Positions 1 to 10,863 of a stretch of DNA of 64,000 bases are shown piece after piece (positions within the stretch are counted from its first letter, which is position 1; each line of letters opens with the position of its first letter). The DNA lies in NCBI RefSeq assembly GCF_018977255.1, contig NW_024704752.1, positions 6,696,001-6,760,000 on the forward strand, given 5' to 3'. Below the pieces are notes generated by a model. The model did no database searches. It was not told the DNA's origin and saw only the letters and a program-made list of their open reading frames with translations. The translations under genes and the position numbers were made by a program. The DNA comes from Callorhinchus milii (Eukaryota).

Positions 1-198
1 ATGGAAACTTAATCCAAAGAAACAAATTCACTAGAACGTACAGACGAGAATAGCCTGCTATCTGCTGAAAGGAATCAATGTTGTGTGGTGGGATTCACTG
101 GCCAGAGGCAAATAGACAACACAAGTGCTTCCTGTCTTTCTGTGGTCATTTACTAGCCTCAGAACATTTCCTCCAAATCCGGGTAACCACAGGTATAT

Positions 199-358
199 AA
201 ATTGGTCATTTCAATCCACAAGTCTTTGTGGGACACTGCTGTGCGCAATTGGCTACCGCATCATATACGGTCAATTCACTTTACAGTATATTCTGTGGAG
301 TGCTTTGAGACGTCTAGAAAACGTGAAAAGCGCTATATCAAATGCAAGGATTATTATT
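199..358 (+). mobile_element. Deu-domain SINE, 3' portion
   Basis: Core TTTGTGGGACACTGCTGTGCGCAATTGGCT and tail GTGAAAAGCGCTATATCAAATGCAAGGATTATTATT, both recurring dozens of times in the window. Confidence 0.8.
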
Positions 359-1710
359 AATATGTAGAGAGTGTATATTGTAGGCTGAATGCAGGAGCCA
401 ATTTCCACACAGCAGCGTGCCACAAAGAGCCACCCAATCGAATGTATATTTATACAGCACCTTTCACGTCAGGAAGATATCCCAAAGCGCATTTACAGCA
501 TATACGGTAAAATGGAGTGACTGTACTTTATGGGTGAGATGCGGAAGCTAATTTGTGCATACCAATGTCCTACAAACAGCTATAAAATGAACAAACTTTT
601 TTAATTAATTGGGGGCTTGTTCACCAAGATACCAGGAGCAACTCCTTTCTCTTTTCGAATTGTGCCCACAAGATCTTGAAAGTCTACCTGACTGGTTTGA
701 CATCTCAAATGACAGTGTTCACCCAGAAATACACAGTCACTATACTTTACAGTAAAATCCTGTGATATGCTTTGAGACATCTCAACGATGTGATAAGATA
801 GATACTACATCAAATGCAAGGATTCTTAAATATTAACCCTGGTTGGAATACGTAAATACATAGACGTCGGGCACGGGCAGCTGAAATTTTATGACTCCTT
901 TCCCACCACCAACCCCCACGTGTGTGTATTCAAATTACCTGCCAAGAACACCATGTCAAATCGCACACATGAGATATGGGAGGTGAAGGACAACAATGGG
1001 ACAAACAGTGACCCAACTGAGGAATCGAGCACCTTCGAGAAGGGAGGGGGAATTGACAAAAAAAAGGGTATATTTAGGTTTAAAAATAACTCATTTTAAA
1101 CACACATTAGATTCTAGAGATTTACAATGGGTCCCTAGTTACTTTCTCTTTTTCCACAGTGATGAGTCTTGAGCCGCATCTTTCATCTGCCACCTCAGCT
1201 CCCGACAGTACCACAACACATATATTTTTCTGTCTCTCTCTCTCTCTCGCTCTTGCTGTGTTTGCGAAGAAATTCCATTTAATAAATAAATGGAAAAGAG
1301 ATTAAGGGCGTGATGGAATAGAGGGACGACGTGAGATGAAAAGAAGATTGATCACTGTACTGATCTGTAGCTGCAGTGTTCAACAGCTAGACAGTGAAAA
1401 ATGAGAATGCTTATCTCAACGAGCTTTCAAGCCCCCCTCTCTCAACCACCACCCCCCACCCCCCCACCCCCCCCACCCTGGCAACCACAAGATTGCAGTA
1501 TTCTAAGTGCTCTAACAGCAAAATCATTATTGACAAAGGCGTGTGTGCCTTCAGCGGTTCGGCTTGATGCTTAGTTTTAGTAAAACGGTTCTTTCAGCGG
1601 AAAGGGTAATTTAAAGTCCAGTGCTTTGTAAATCAATTGATTTGGTTTTCATCCTCTCAAATAATGTGTTGTATTTCTGCAGTGATGGTGGTGAGGGCAT
1701 GCCTCTTTAT

Positions 1711-2330
1711 TAGGAACACGGGAACAGGAGGAGGTCATTCAGCCCATCAAGCCCCTTCCATTATTTTAGCAGATTTTAGCAGATTTTTTTTATCTCAAAG
1801 ATCCTGCCCTTTCGCCGTATCCCTTAATACCTCTACTTCCCAAGTATCTGTCCATCTCTCTCTCAATTTGCTTATTGATTCCATGTCTACTGGAGAGCAT
1901 TCCACATCTGCACAAGCTTCTGTGTGAGGAAATGCTTTCTGACCTCAGCTGTAACTGTCTTGGCTCTGATATTAATACTAGGATCCCTTGTAATGGATAA
2001 TATACAATAATAATAATCCTTGCATGTAGCACCTTTCACATTGGAAGGACATCGCAAAGTGCTTCACAGGTTATACTATAAAGTGTAGTGACTGTGTGAC
2101 AGCCAATTTGTGCCCAGCAAAGTACCACAAATAGCCATATTGTGAACGAGCAGTTTTATCTGGGAGACCCCTCTGGCAGAAGGAAGAGTGGTCCACTATC
2201 TAACCTGTCAATTTCTTTCATTAATGTAAATTGCCTCAATCAAATCACCCCTTAACCTCGTCTGATCTAAAGAGTATAACCCTATTCTACCAGCCTCTCA
2301 TAATAACTAAGTCCCTTTAGTTTCTTCTCA
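1711..2330 (-). mobile_element. Degenerate CR1 LINE 3' fragment, interrupted by a SINE at ~2005-2160
   Basis: Minus translation REMDRYLGSRGIKGYGERAG resembles the CR1 ORF2 C-terminus; 3' end resembles that of the CR1 at 28956-29050. Confidence 0.65.
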
Positions 2331-3991
2331 TCTTTGCAAAACAGAAGAGAGTAAGATTTTGGTATTTTTTTTAAGAAAGTACTTACAATTAAGAACAACT
2401 TTCAAATCCTACTGCACTGCAGACGAGATGGTCTGTGGCGAATCTCACCACTTGTTTGTGAAATTCCCAATGTAATTTCTGCTTCAAGGACACATTTCGC
2501 TCGCAATTTACAGGCAATTGCAGCAATTCGGGGCTTCTATGCATTTTCCAATGATTGCACTACGTCTTTTTAAAGTCGATCCCCCCCGGCATCCATTAAT
2601 CCATACTTGATTTGCAGACCATACGACAACACAAAGAGTTATGTCTACTTGTTTTCCTGTGCTGGCTCTATATGTAGGGCATTGGGAAATGAGTCAGCTT
2701 CTCGGTGAAGTGATCAAGGAAGTTTTAACAGTATGAAAACAACCTCAGTTGAGAACATGATTAAAGTTATTTTATGCAGAACATCCAGCTGCGTCGAGGG
2801 TCATGCTTTCGCGAAATGCAATTTCTGTGGCACTGATTAATGTGTAAATGGTTATCTAGTCCTCCCAACTACAGTGAGGATATCGCTTCCTTGAAAACTG
2901 GAAGAAGGTTGTCACTTGTCAAGACTACAAACTAGATAACTAGATTACATCTCGGTTGGGTATTTTCTGTTTCACGTTTAACCTGAAATTCCACTTTCTG
3001 AAAGGCAGAGCACCGTTGATTCCAAGTATATAATAATAATAATGCTTAATGAGTTTGATATAACACCTTATCACATCTTCAAGGCATCTGAAAGCACTTC
3101 ACAGAATATACTGTAAAGTGAATTAACTACATAGCTAGAAATATCACATGGAGATCACTGGCTGTGAGGGGTCTTGACCATTCTGTTCCTACGCTGCTCG
3201 GGAGGAATGGGGAGGGAAGACATGAATAACTTTCAAGTGTTGCCCCTTTATTGCAGAATTGCCCCAAGCCTGATGATAACTACAGTGCCTTTTGTTTTGT
3301 TTCTTGCGTTCAATCTCATCATTGAACATCAACTTGCAGACTGGAGACCTCCTCACTCTTACAATCCAATTCTCACCACTCATCCACCACCATCAATACA
3401 CTGCAGAAGCCAACAGTAGTAGAATCTTCAGTGCCAGTATTTTGCAGTGCATCTTGTCCACAAGATGTTTTTCAGAGGCTGGTTTCATTCTGGAATCCAG
3501 TTTGAAGACAGCCTGGTGCAAGCTGCAAATATTTAATTATAACCACAATAGTGACTGATCAGCTCAGACATTAGACTAGATCCTGGACTGCAACCTAAAT
3601 TTATCTAAGCAGATTGTTGGTCAGGACACCAGGAGAAACACTCTTCTCATTTTGAATAGTGCTATGGTATCTTTAACATCCACGAGAACAGGCAGACAGA
3701 ACCTCAGTTTAATGTCTTGTCCGAAGGATGTGAATGTTCAAATAAAACAAAATATCCTTGGGAAATCTCTCTGGGAAACATGTAAGAGGGAGTAACATAA
3801 CCAGCTACACCTAAACAGACAGTGCAGTTTCAGTGCTGCTAATCTCCAGGACTTTATATCAGATTGGTTGTGTGTATATATAGATCAACTCGAATGCCCT
3901 TATTAGCCACCAGGTCGGTATCAGAGGCACTTCAGAATAGCTAGAGGCCTATAACACCTTGTATTGCAGGTATATATGTTGTAGCACATGT

Positions 3992-4555
3992 CAGCCTGAC
4001 TCAATTGAAGGCATTCTTGCCTCTGAATTAGCAGGTTGTGGGTTCAAGACCCACATAGAGACTTTAAACTCACATATCTCTAGCCTGACAATCCAGTGCT
4101 GGAGATGTGTCACATTGTTGAAGGTGCCTCCCTTTGGCTGAGACGTTAATCTGAGGTCCCATCTACTTGGTCAGGTAGGCATTAAACATCTAATGCACGA
4201 ATTGAAAAGAGAAGGGAGTTTCTCCCAGGGTCTTGGCCAACAATCAAATTGGGGTTATTCACTTCATGGCTGTTTCTAGGACATAATTGGGCCGCATTGG
4301 GTCTTTGAGCTCAAAGAATGACCTTCCAGTGTAGTTCTGGGGGAAGCACTGCATTGTCACAAGTCCAGTCCTTCAAATGGAACTATCAAATGGCCATTCA
4401 TTTCATGGTTGATTGTGGCATATTGCTGTGTGCAAAAGGGGTGCTGTGTTCACCTACAAAAATACACAGTAACTACACTTCAGAGTAAATCCTGTAAAGC
4501 GTTTAGAGATATCCTTCTGATAAGAAAGGCACTATATTGATTGTTGGGTTTATTA
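3992..4555 (+). mobile_element. Deu-domain SINE with type-B (SacSINE1-like) head plus an adjacent partial copy
   Basis: Head CTCAATTGAAGGCATTCTTGCCTCTGAATTAGCAGGTTGTGGGTTCAAG (degenerate A/B boxes), then Deu core and tail; matches copies at 14620-14955 and 61490-61868. Confidence 0.7.
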
Positions 4556-4683
4556 CAATTACTACTGTTTAAACTTAGTCCTGTGGCCATAAGAAGCATA
4601 GTCTGGCTGCTCCTGGAGGAGCGATACCTATTAATGTTTAACTCTATATCGATTTGCCTTTCAGGTCTAGAGCCAAACCCTGT

Positions 4684-4703
4684 TTCCTTAACTATTCTGC
4701 CAG
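4684..4703 (+). promoter_or_regulatory. SLC9A9: U12-type branch point and 3' splice site
   Basis: TTCCTTAAC at 4684-4692 matches the U12 branch consensus; CAG acceptor at 4701-4703; only 8 nt between them, no room for a long polypyrimidine tract. Confidence 0.85.
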
Positions 4704-4809
4704 ATACTTAAAGCCAGTTCTGACACATGCTGGCCCACCACTCACCTCTACCCTGCCAACTTGGTGTGGGCCACTTGCTAGGCTCCTGACTAGCCCTCAA
4801 GCTTATCAA
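4704..4809 (+). CDS. SLC9A9: Sodium/hydrogen exchanger 9 (NHE9), penultimate coding exon (106 bp)
   Basis: After one phase base it encodes [35 protein letters not shown], the conserved cytoplasmic-tail segment of NHE6/7/9 (human NHE9 as recalled: [34 protein letters not shown]). Flanked by cag| and |GTAAGT (4810-4815). Confidence 0.93.
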
Positions 4810-4935
4810 GTAAGTCTGTGATTCCTTTGATCTGGGTGTCATTTTTTTAAAGAAATCTATTACAGGTTTCTATAGAGGGATATTTTTTCCAACTGTTTCG
4901 TAAACCAATGGATTGCCATAAGAATCCTGCTTTTA

Positions 4936-5250
4936 ATAATAATAATCCTTGTATTTGATATAGTGCCTTATCACATCCTCTAGAAGTCTCAAAGCACTTC
5001 ACAGAATATACTGTAAAGTGAATTGACTGTATATTTTATGGGTGAAATGCAGCAGCCAACTGCGCGCAGCAGTGTCCCACAAAACAGTCGTGGATTGAGT
5101 GACCAAATTATTATTGTTTTTTTGTTCTTGAGTCATTATTATTAGGAATGTGGAGTAAGGAAACTTGCCCAAGGTTTCACCCTGCCAGGAATCCAACCCA
5201 GCTCTCTCGCTTGCGAGGCAAGTGCTCTAACCACTGAGCTACAGGACGCC
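4936..5250 (-). mobile_element. tRNA-headed Deu SINE (type A, short form) in the last SLC9A9 intron
   Basis: Minus strand starts GGCGTCCTGTAGCTCAGTGGTTAGAGCAC, with Deu core and (TTA)n tail. Confidence 0.85.
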
Positions 5251-6635
5251 TTTTGCTAGAAGTCTACGCAGAGATGACACTTCAGAGCAAACAAGCTATT
5301 AATGAAGATAGGTTCAGCCAGGCACGCTCCCTGGGAGACCCTTATACATGCTGCACTGAGCAGACAGACTCCCTCTAACCTGCCTTTCAGAACCATCAAG
5401 TGGTTGCATATCATTCCATCCTTTGGATAAGACATTAAACCACCTGATCCCATGCCACTATTCCAAAAGAGAAAGGAGTTTCTGTCTCCCGGTATCCTGG
5501 CTAACAATCCCCCAAATTAAATTGGTCACTCACTTCATGGCTGTTTTGGGGACACCAATGTGCACAACTGGCTGCCGTGTTTCTCCCCAAAAATACAGTC
5601 AATCTACTTTATAGTATATTCCTCTGGATGATCTAATGTGTGTGCGCGTCTCTGTGCCCTGGGATACTATCCTGCGTGTGGCACACTATATAAGTGCAAG
5701 TTGTTGTATCAGGAATGGAGTGGGGATTGAGCTGGAAGGCAGCTGATCAGGGTATTGGAGAAATCCCGTCTGGAGCTGATGAAAGCGTGGATGAGGGTTT
5801 GGGATGCTTTGAAAGTGAGGTAGGGACGGAGGCGGGTGATGTGGCAGCAGGAGAGGAAAACAACCTCAGTCAAGGACTGGACGAAAACTTAAAGGAGAGC
5901 TGAGGGTGGCACAAAACACCAAGATTGTGCACCGTGAGCTGGATTTAATTCAGTTAAATTGAATGAATGAATTATCCATTTAACAATTCAGTCCAACCGT
6001 AAAGAAGAAATAAACAGCAACATGTTAACACAATCATTAGACTTCAAAACCACGCTGTGCTCAGGGAACTGCCTTGAGTTCAGGGCATACAAGGTTAAAA
6101 ATTAAAAAAAGGCAACTGGGGAACGATATGTTTGGATTAAGATTTTGTGTGTGAATGTTATGCTTGGATCAGTCTGCTGCACAGTGGGAGTAAAGGAAAA
6201 ATGGTTTAGCCCATTGGAATTCAATGCTTATGAGTAACAGGAAATGTTTATCTGTAATTGACTCCAATGCCCAGCGTGGTTTAAATTAATGCTGACTTAA
6301 TATTCAAGATGCAAACAGATTTGAAATCTTTTAGTTCTTCCCAAGCTTTGAATACATCACCCTACACACATCCCCCTCCCTGCATCATCACACTCACTGC
6401 TTCATCTCCTCCTCTAGCTCATTCCTTCCCAGAACCTCAAACCTGAGGAACCCGTCACTCTCGCAGTCACTGCAGGTTATCTTGAAACCCAAGCTTGGCA
6501 TCACCTACTCCCATTCCTCAATGCATCTCCTCCTCTCCTCGATTTGCTTCAATGTTGGCAGTGTCCAACACTACAGACCTTGGCCCTTCAACTATGGGTC
6601 TCAAATGTAAAATAAATGTGATTGAGTAACATCTT

Positions 6636-7070
6636 ACAACAACAACATTTCATTTATAGAGCGCCTTTCACATCGGGAGGACGTCCCAAGGCGCTGGATA
6701 GTTGGGTCAGGACCCGAGCAAGGGGGAAATGGTCAGGGTGAGGGGAGGGAAGTGAGGGAGCGAGGAGGGGGTAGAGAGTCGAGAAGGGAGCTGAAGGCAC
6801 GGTCAAAGAGAAAGGTCTTGAGACCGGTCTTGAAGGAGGAAAGGGAGGAAGAAAGGCAAAGGCACTGGGGGATGGAGTTCCAGAGCCTAGGGGCTGAGAG
6901 GCTGAAGGCCCGGCCACCGATGGTAGGGTGGTTGGGGTGGGGGATGTGGAGCAGACCGGAACCAGAACGGAGGGTACAGGCAGGTAAGTAGGGGGATAGT
7001 AGGTCGGAGAGGTAGCAGGGAGCAAGGCCGTGAATGGCCTTGTAGGTGAGGATGAGAATCTTGAATTACA
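6636..7070 (-). mobile_element. L2 LINE 3' fragment
   Basis: Minus strand ends GTGAAAGGCGCTCTATAAATGAAATGTTGTTGTTG; closely similar to 45605-45912 and to the 3' end of the RT-bearing L2 at 45913-47052. Confidence 0.85.
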
Positions 7071-7388
7071 TCAGCATGTTACTTTCTTTGCGCTAACATT
7101 TGGCAGGTAGATATTTGCAATGGGATAACAGGCATTTGGAAGCAGTAACAACAACAACTTGTATTTATATAGCTCCCCTCATGCAGGGGAGCTATATAGC
7201 TCCTAGAGAGCTTGACAGTAGCTGAGCACGTCCCGAGACAGGGAGGGAGGAAGTGACCGTAGGCATGGTCGAAGGAGGGGGCAAGGTGGAGGGATTGAGG
7301 GAGAGAGTTCCAGAGTTTTGGGGAGCAGTGGTAGTAACTGCGGTCTTCTCAGGACTTTAGAATAATTGTGCCTTGTTTTGTGTCACAG

Positions 7389-7568
7389 GATCATCAGAAA
7401 GAGGACGACACACAATACATCATCAATAATGATGAGCTGTCAGTGAACTTCGAGGACAGAGCAGGTGCTGCAGTCAGCTCCGACGGTGCCCGAGGAAAGG
7501 ACGTTCAACATCATCGGACTGCGGGAACTGAGCTACCAACAGGTCAGGCTCCTACTCCCCTAAACTGA
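7389..7568 (+). CDS. SLC9A9: NHE9 terminal coding exon
   Basis: Acceptor ccttgttttgtgtcacag|GAT, in frame with the previous exon. Encodes DHQKEDDTQYIINNDELSVNFEDRA...GQAPTPLN*, resembling the recalled human NHE9 tail EQLKEDDVECIVNQDELAINYQEQA...GQSQLN*. TGA at 7566-7568. Confidence 0.88.
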   Translation, partial: DHQKEDDTQYIINNDELSVNFEDRAGAAVSSDGARGKDVQHHRTAGTELPTGQAPTPLN

Positions 7569-9707
7569 ACAAACTATTGGGACATTCCGGTTGTTTGGAG
7601 TAAAAACAAAAGGAAATAAGAAATAGCTTTGGACAATCAACCGTGCCGGTCCTCAATTCCCTCCACTGCAGCCCCTGGGACTCTGTATCAGCACAGCAAG
7701 GCTCAGATCCCGGCGGTCAAGAGAGCAGATGCACAAGAGTAAAAAGACATTGGTTTTGTGAAGGGGAATTATTGTCATCGGGAAGTGGTTTTCATGGCTG
7801 CCAAGTGATCCGAGGACACCCCTCAGCTTCCCAACAAGCCGGTAGGACCTCACTGACTCACACATCCCTGGCTGGGAACAGCTGTAGGAAGTAAGACAAC
7901 AGCTTGGCTTCATTCTGCTTTGAAGCAATCCCCTGACTGGGCCTCAAAAACTAATCCTGTCGTCGTCTCGTAAAGCCTTACTTCCGCTGTTCCAGATGGT
8001 AATGTGTTTCCACTTCATGTGGGACCATTCACGCGTTAATTCTCAGGTCTAAATTGACAGTAAATTTTCTTTTATTTTAATAGAATTTTCACTAGCAATA
8101 GGAGCCTAATGCTGCGCGATTTAAAATCCTGGTTTAAGTGCCTTCAACTTTCTTGCCAAACCTTTTTTGGTTGTGTTCCTGTGTTTTTAATCAGCCTTGT
8201 CTGCTGCTAATGTCTTTGTTTCTCAGCCTCCACCTGCATGTTATCAGCTCAACTGTGGTAGTGTTGAGTGGGGCATTCCCTGCAGAGACGGGGAATAAAA
8301 TGGGAAAGGTGTACTTCCTACACAGCTCTTGCTAACCTCGCAAGTCAAACCCCTAACGGTGAGGGTGGTCCTAGCTGGACAGTGCTTTCGATGGCAAGCT
8401 GTGCGATTTCAGCTGATTTTAAAAACTCCAACAGTATTCCAGCACACACAACAACAAAAATTACATTTGTATAGCACCTTTTTACGTCGGGTGGATGTCC
8501 CTAAGCGCTGGGGTTCCCAAGCCTTGGTTCTTGCCAATCTGTACCTGATACTCTCCGGGATTAGGTAATGTACTCCATTCCAGACCTGGAAATTTCCACG
8601 TTTAGATGGCATAAATGGAACTCTCAGATTGATTTGGATACTTTTAATTATGATGAAGGGTTTCTGATGTGTCGGACCAAAAAGGGATAAAAGGTTAGCT
8701 TTTATTCATGTTGCTCACTGGGTTATAAGGGACGCATGGAAACAGCCAGAATATAGTATAAACAGACTCACGATTTACATGTTTACTCAGCATGTTTAGC
8801 CTTATATCAGAAGAACATGTATATTGATTATTATTAATAGTAATATTCATAACAATCCTTGCATTTGATATAGCACCTTATCACATCGTCGTGACATCTT
8901 AAAGGGCTTCACGGGATATACTGTAAAATGGTTTTGACTGTATATTATTGTGGGCGATAATTCAGTTACATTTATTACAATAATAAAAATAACTTTGCAT
9001 TTGCTACAGCATCCATGTTTTATGAGTCATATTTCTTGCCATTGTGCATTACAGTATAGCCACCCCAGCTGCTGTCTGTGTGTGAATCAGGCAGGACTCA
9101 CAATGGCCCTTTAAATTATCCACAAAATCAGTATTTTCCTGTCTTACGGATGAAGGAACTCATTTCTACTTTAAAACTCTGTGTTTACATTTTTAGAGTT
9201 TCCTTCGGTTTGGCTCATTACAATGCAACATACAGCCATTGTACGTTCAAGCCCACTTTGGCAGACCCGTCACTTGGAGACAGTTGTTCTTTTTCTCCTC
9301 CAACTGTTCAGCTGAAGTACTCTCTAAATAACGGTGGGAATATTTGTGTGGCTAATGTGGCTAAATGTCATCTGGTTTAACGATGCTGATACCTGCAGCA
9401 GCAGTGCAAAGCCAGCTTTTGGGCTGATTGCACTGATATTAACTTATACACACTGATATTAACAACAAGTGGAACAGGAGTGGAGATGTACCCTGGTTTG
9501 TATCGGAGGTGATTCAGCTATTTGGCAAAGGGAACTGTAGCAGCACATGTGTGACTGTGCCCATCACCCATCACCCAGCTTAAGAGTCTCCAAACTGAAC
9601 GATCAAAAATGCAACACCTGTATAGTTTCTGTTTGATCATCATGGATGGACGTGCCCTGCTTACTCAATTCCAAAGAGTTTTGGTGCAAGCAAACAAGAA
9701 CTGAGGC

Positions 9708-9710
<3 letters not shown>

Positions 9711-9739
<29 letters not shown>

Positions 9740-10041
9740 CCTTGCATTTGATATAGCGCTTTTCACGTCAGGAGGACGTCCCAAAGCGCTTCACAGAATA
9801 TACTGTAAAGTGAATTGACTGTATATTTGTGGGCGAACGCGGCAGCCAATTGCGCACAGCAATGTCCCACAAACAGTCGTAGATTGAAAATGACTAATTC
9901 TTTTTATTATTGTTTTTGGAGGGATTATTATTAGGCGTGTGGAGTAAGGAAACTTGCCCAAGGTTTCGCCCTCTGCCTGGAATTGAACTCAGGTCTCTCA
10001 CTTGCAAAGCGAGTGCTCTAACCACTGAGCTACAGGACTCC
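9711..10041 (-). mobile_element. Full-length young tRNA(Ala)-like Deu SINE (type A, short form)
   Basis: 5' GGAGTCCTGTAGCTCAGTGGTTAGAGCACTCGCTTTGCAAGTGAGAGACCTGAGTTCAATTCC with A box, B box and TGC anticodon-like loop; Deu core; L2-like tail with a long pure (TTA)n. Confidence 0.9.
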
Positions 10042-10369
10042 ACAATTACAGGCTTGATTACAGAGTGCCATTGGCAGAGTTGTGAGAGCCCGTCCTCTGC
10101 CCGCTCACTCACCCCGGATGTCCCAGAAAGAAGAAAAAGAGAAAGCCTGAACAAAGATAGCTTCTTTTCTTCTGCAGCTCAGGTACTATGTATTCACTTT
10201 ACGCCGCTCTACAGGTCAGGACATTGAGACGCACAAGAGCTAACACAATAAACATGGAATTGAGCTTCTCCTTTTATCTGGTGTTTGCTGTAAGTAGGTT
10301 ATTAACGATATAGTGAGCATCAAAATCAACACAAGGCAGCAAACCAAATGGCTTTCTGGTGCAATGGAA

Positions 10370-10863
10370 TTCATTTGTGCAGCACATTACTGTGCACAGG
10401 TTTGGCTGCCATGTTCACTTACAAAATACAATTACTGCACTTTACAGTAAAAATCATGTGAAGCGCTTTAAGATGGCTCAATGATGTGATAAGGTGCTCT
10501 ATCAAATGCAAGGATTATTATTAAGCTATGTTAAAGATCCCACGCATGATTCGAAAAGAGAAGTGAATTTCCCCCTAAATAAAACTGGTTATTCACTGCG
10601 TGGCTGTTTCTGGGATGTTGCCATGCACAAATTGGCTGTCACGTTCACCTACAAAATACACAGTACATCCTGTGATGCGCTTTGGGACACACTCCTGACA
10701 TGAAAGGCCCTGTATCAAATGCTATGATTATTGATTATTATTCGTTATTATTGTTAATTCTAAGCGTAGGATTTGGCTAAGAGTACGACCCAACTGTCCA
10801 GCGCCTTGGGACATCCTCCCGACGTGAAAGGCGCTCTATAAATGCAATCTTGTTGTTGTTGTT
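10370..10863 (+). mobile_element. Cluster of SINE 3' fragments and an L2 tail
   Basis: Two Deu-core/tail copies, then CAGCGCCTTGGGACATCCTCCCGACGTGAAAGGCGCTCTATAAATGC...(TTG)n. Confidence 0.7.

Noticed and set aside
3752-3760. ATATCCTTG as the U12 donor of the intron ending at 4703
   Set aside because: The preceding sequence does not encode the expected NHE9 segment and lies beside a SINE fragment; AT donors normally pair with AC acceptors.
9961-10041. tRNA-Ala(TGC)-like cloverleaf (also at 51340-51422, 47971, 5170-5250)
   Set aside because: SINE head continuous with the Deu core and tail, with imperfect T and acceptor stems; not a tRNA gene.
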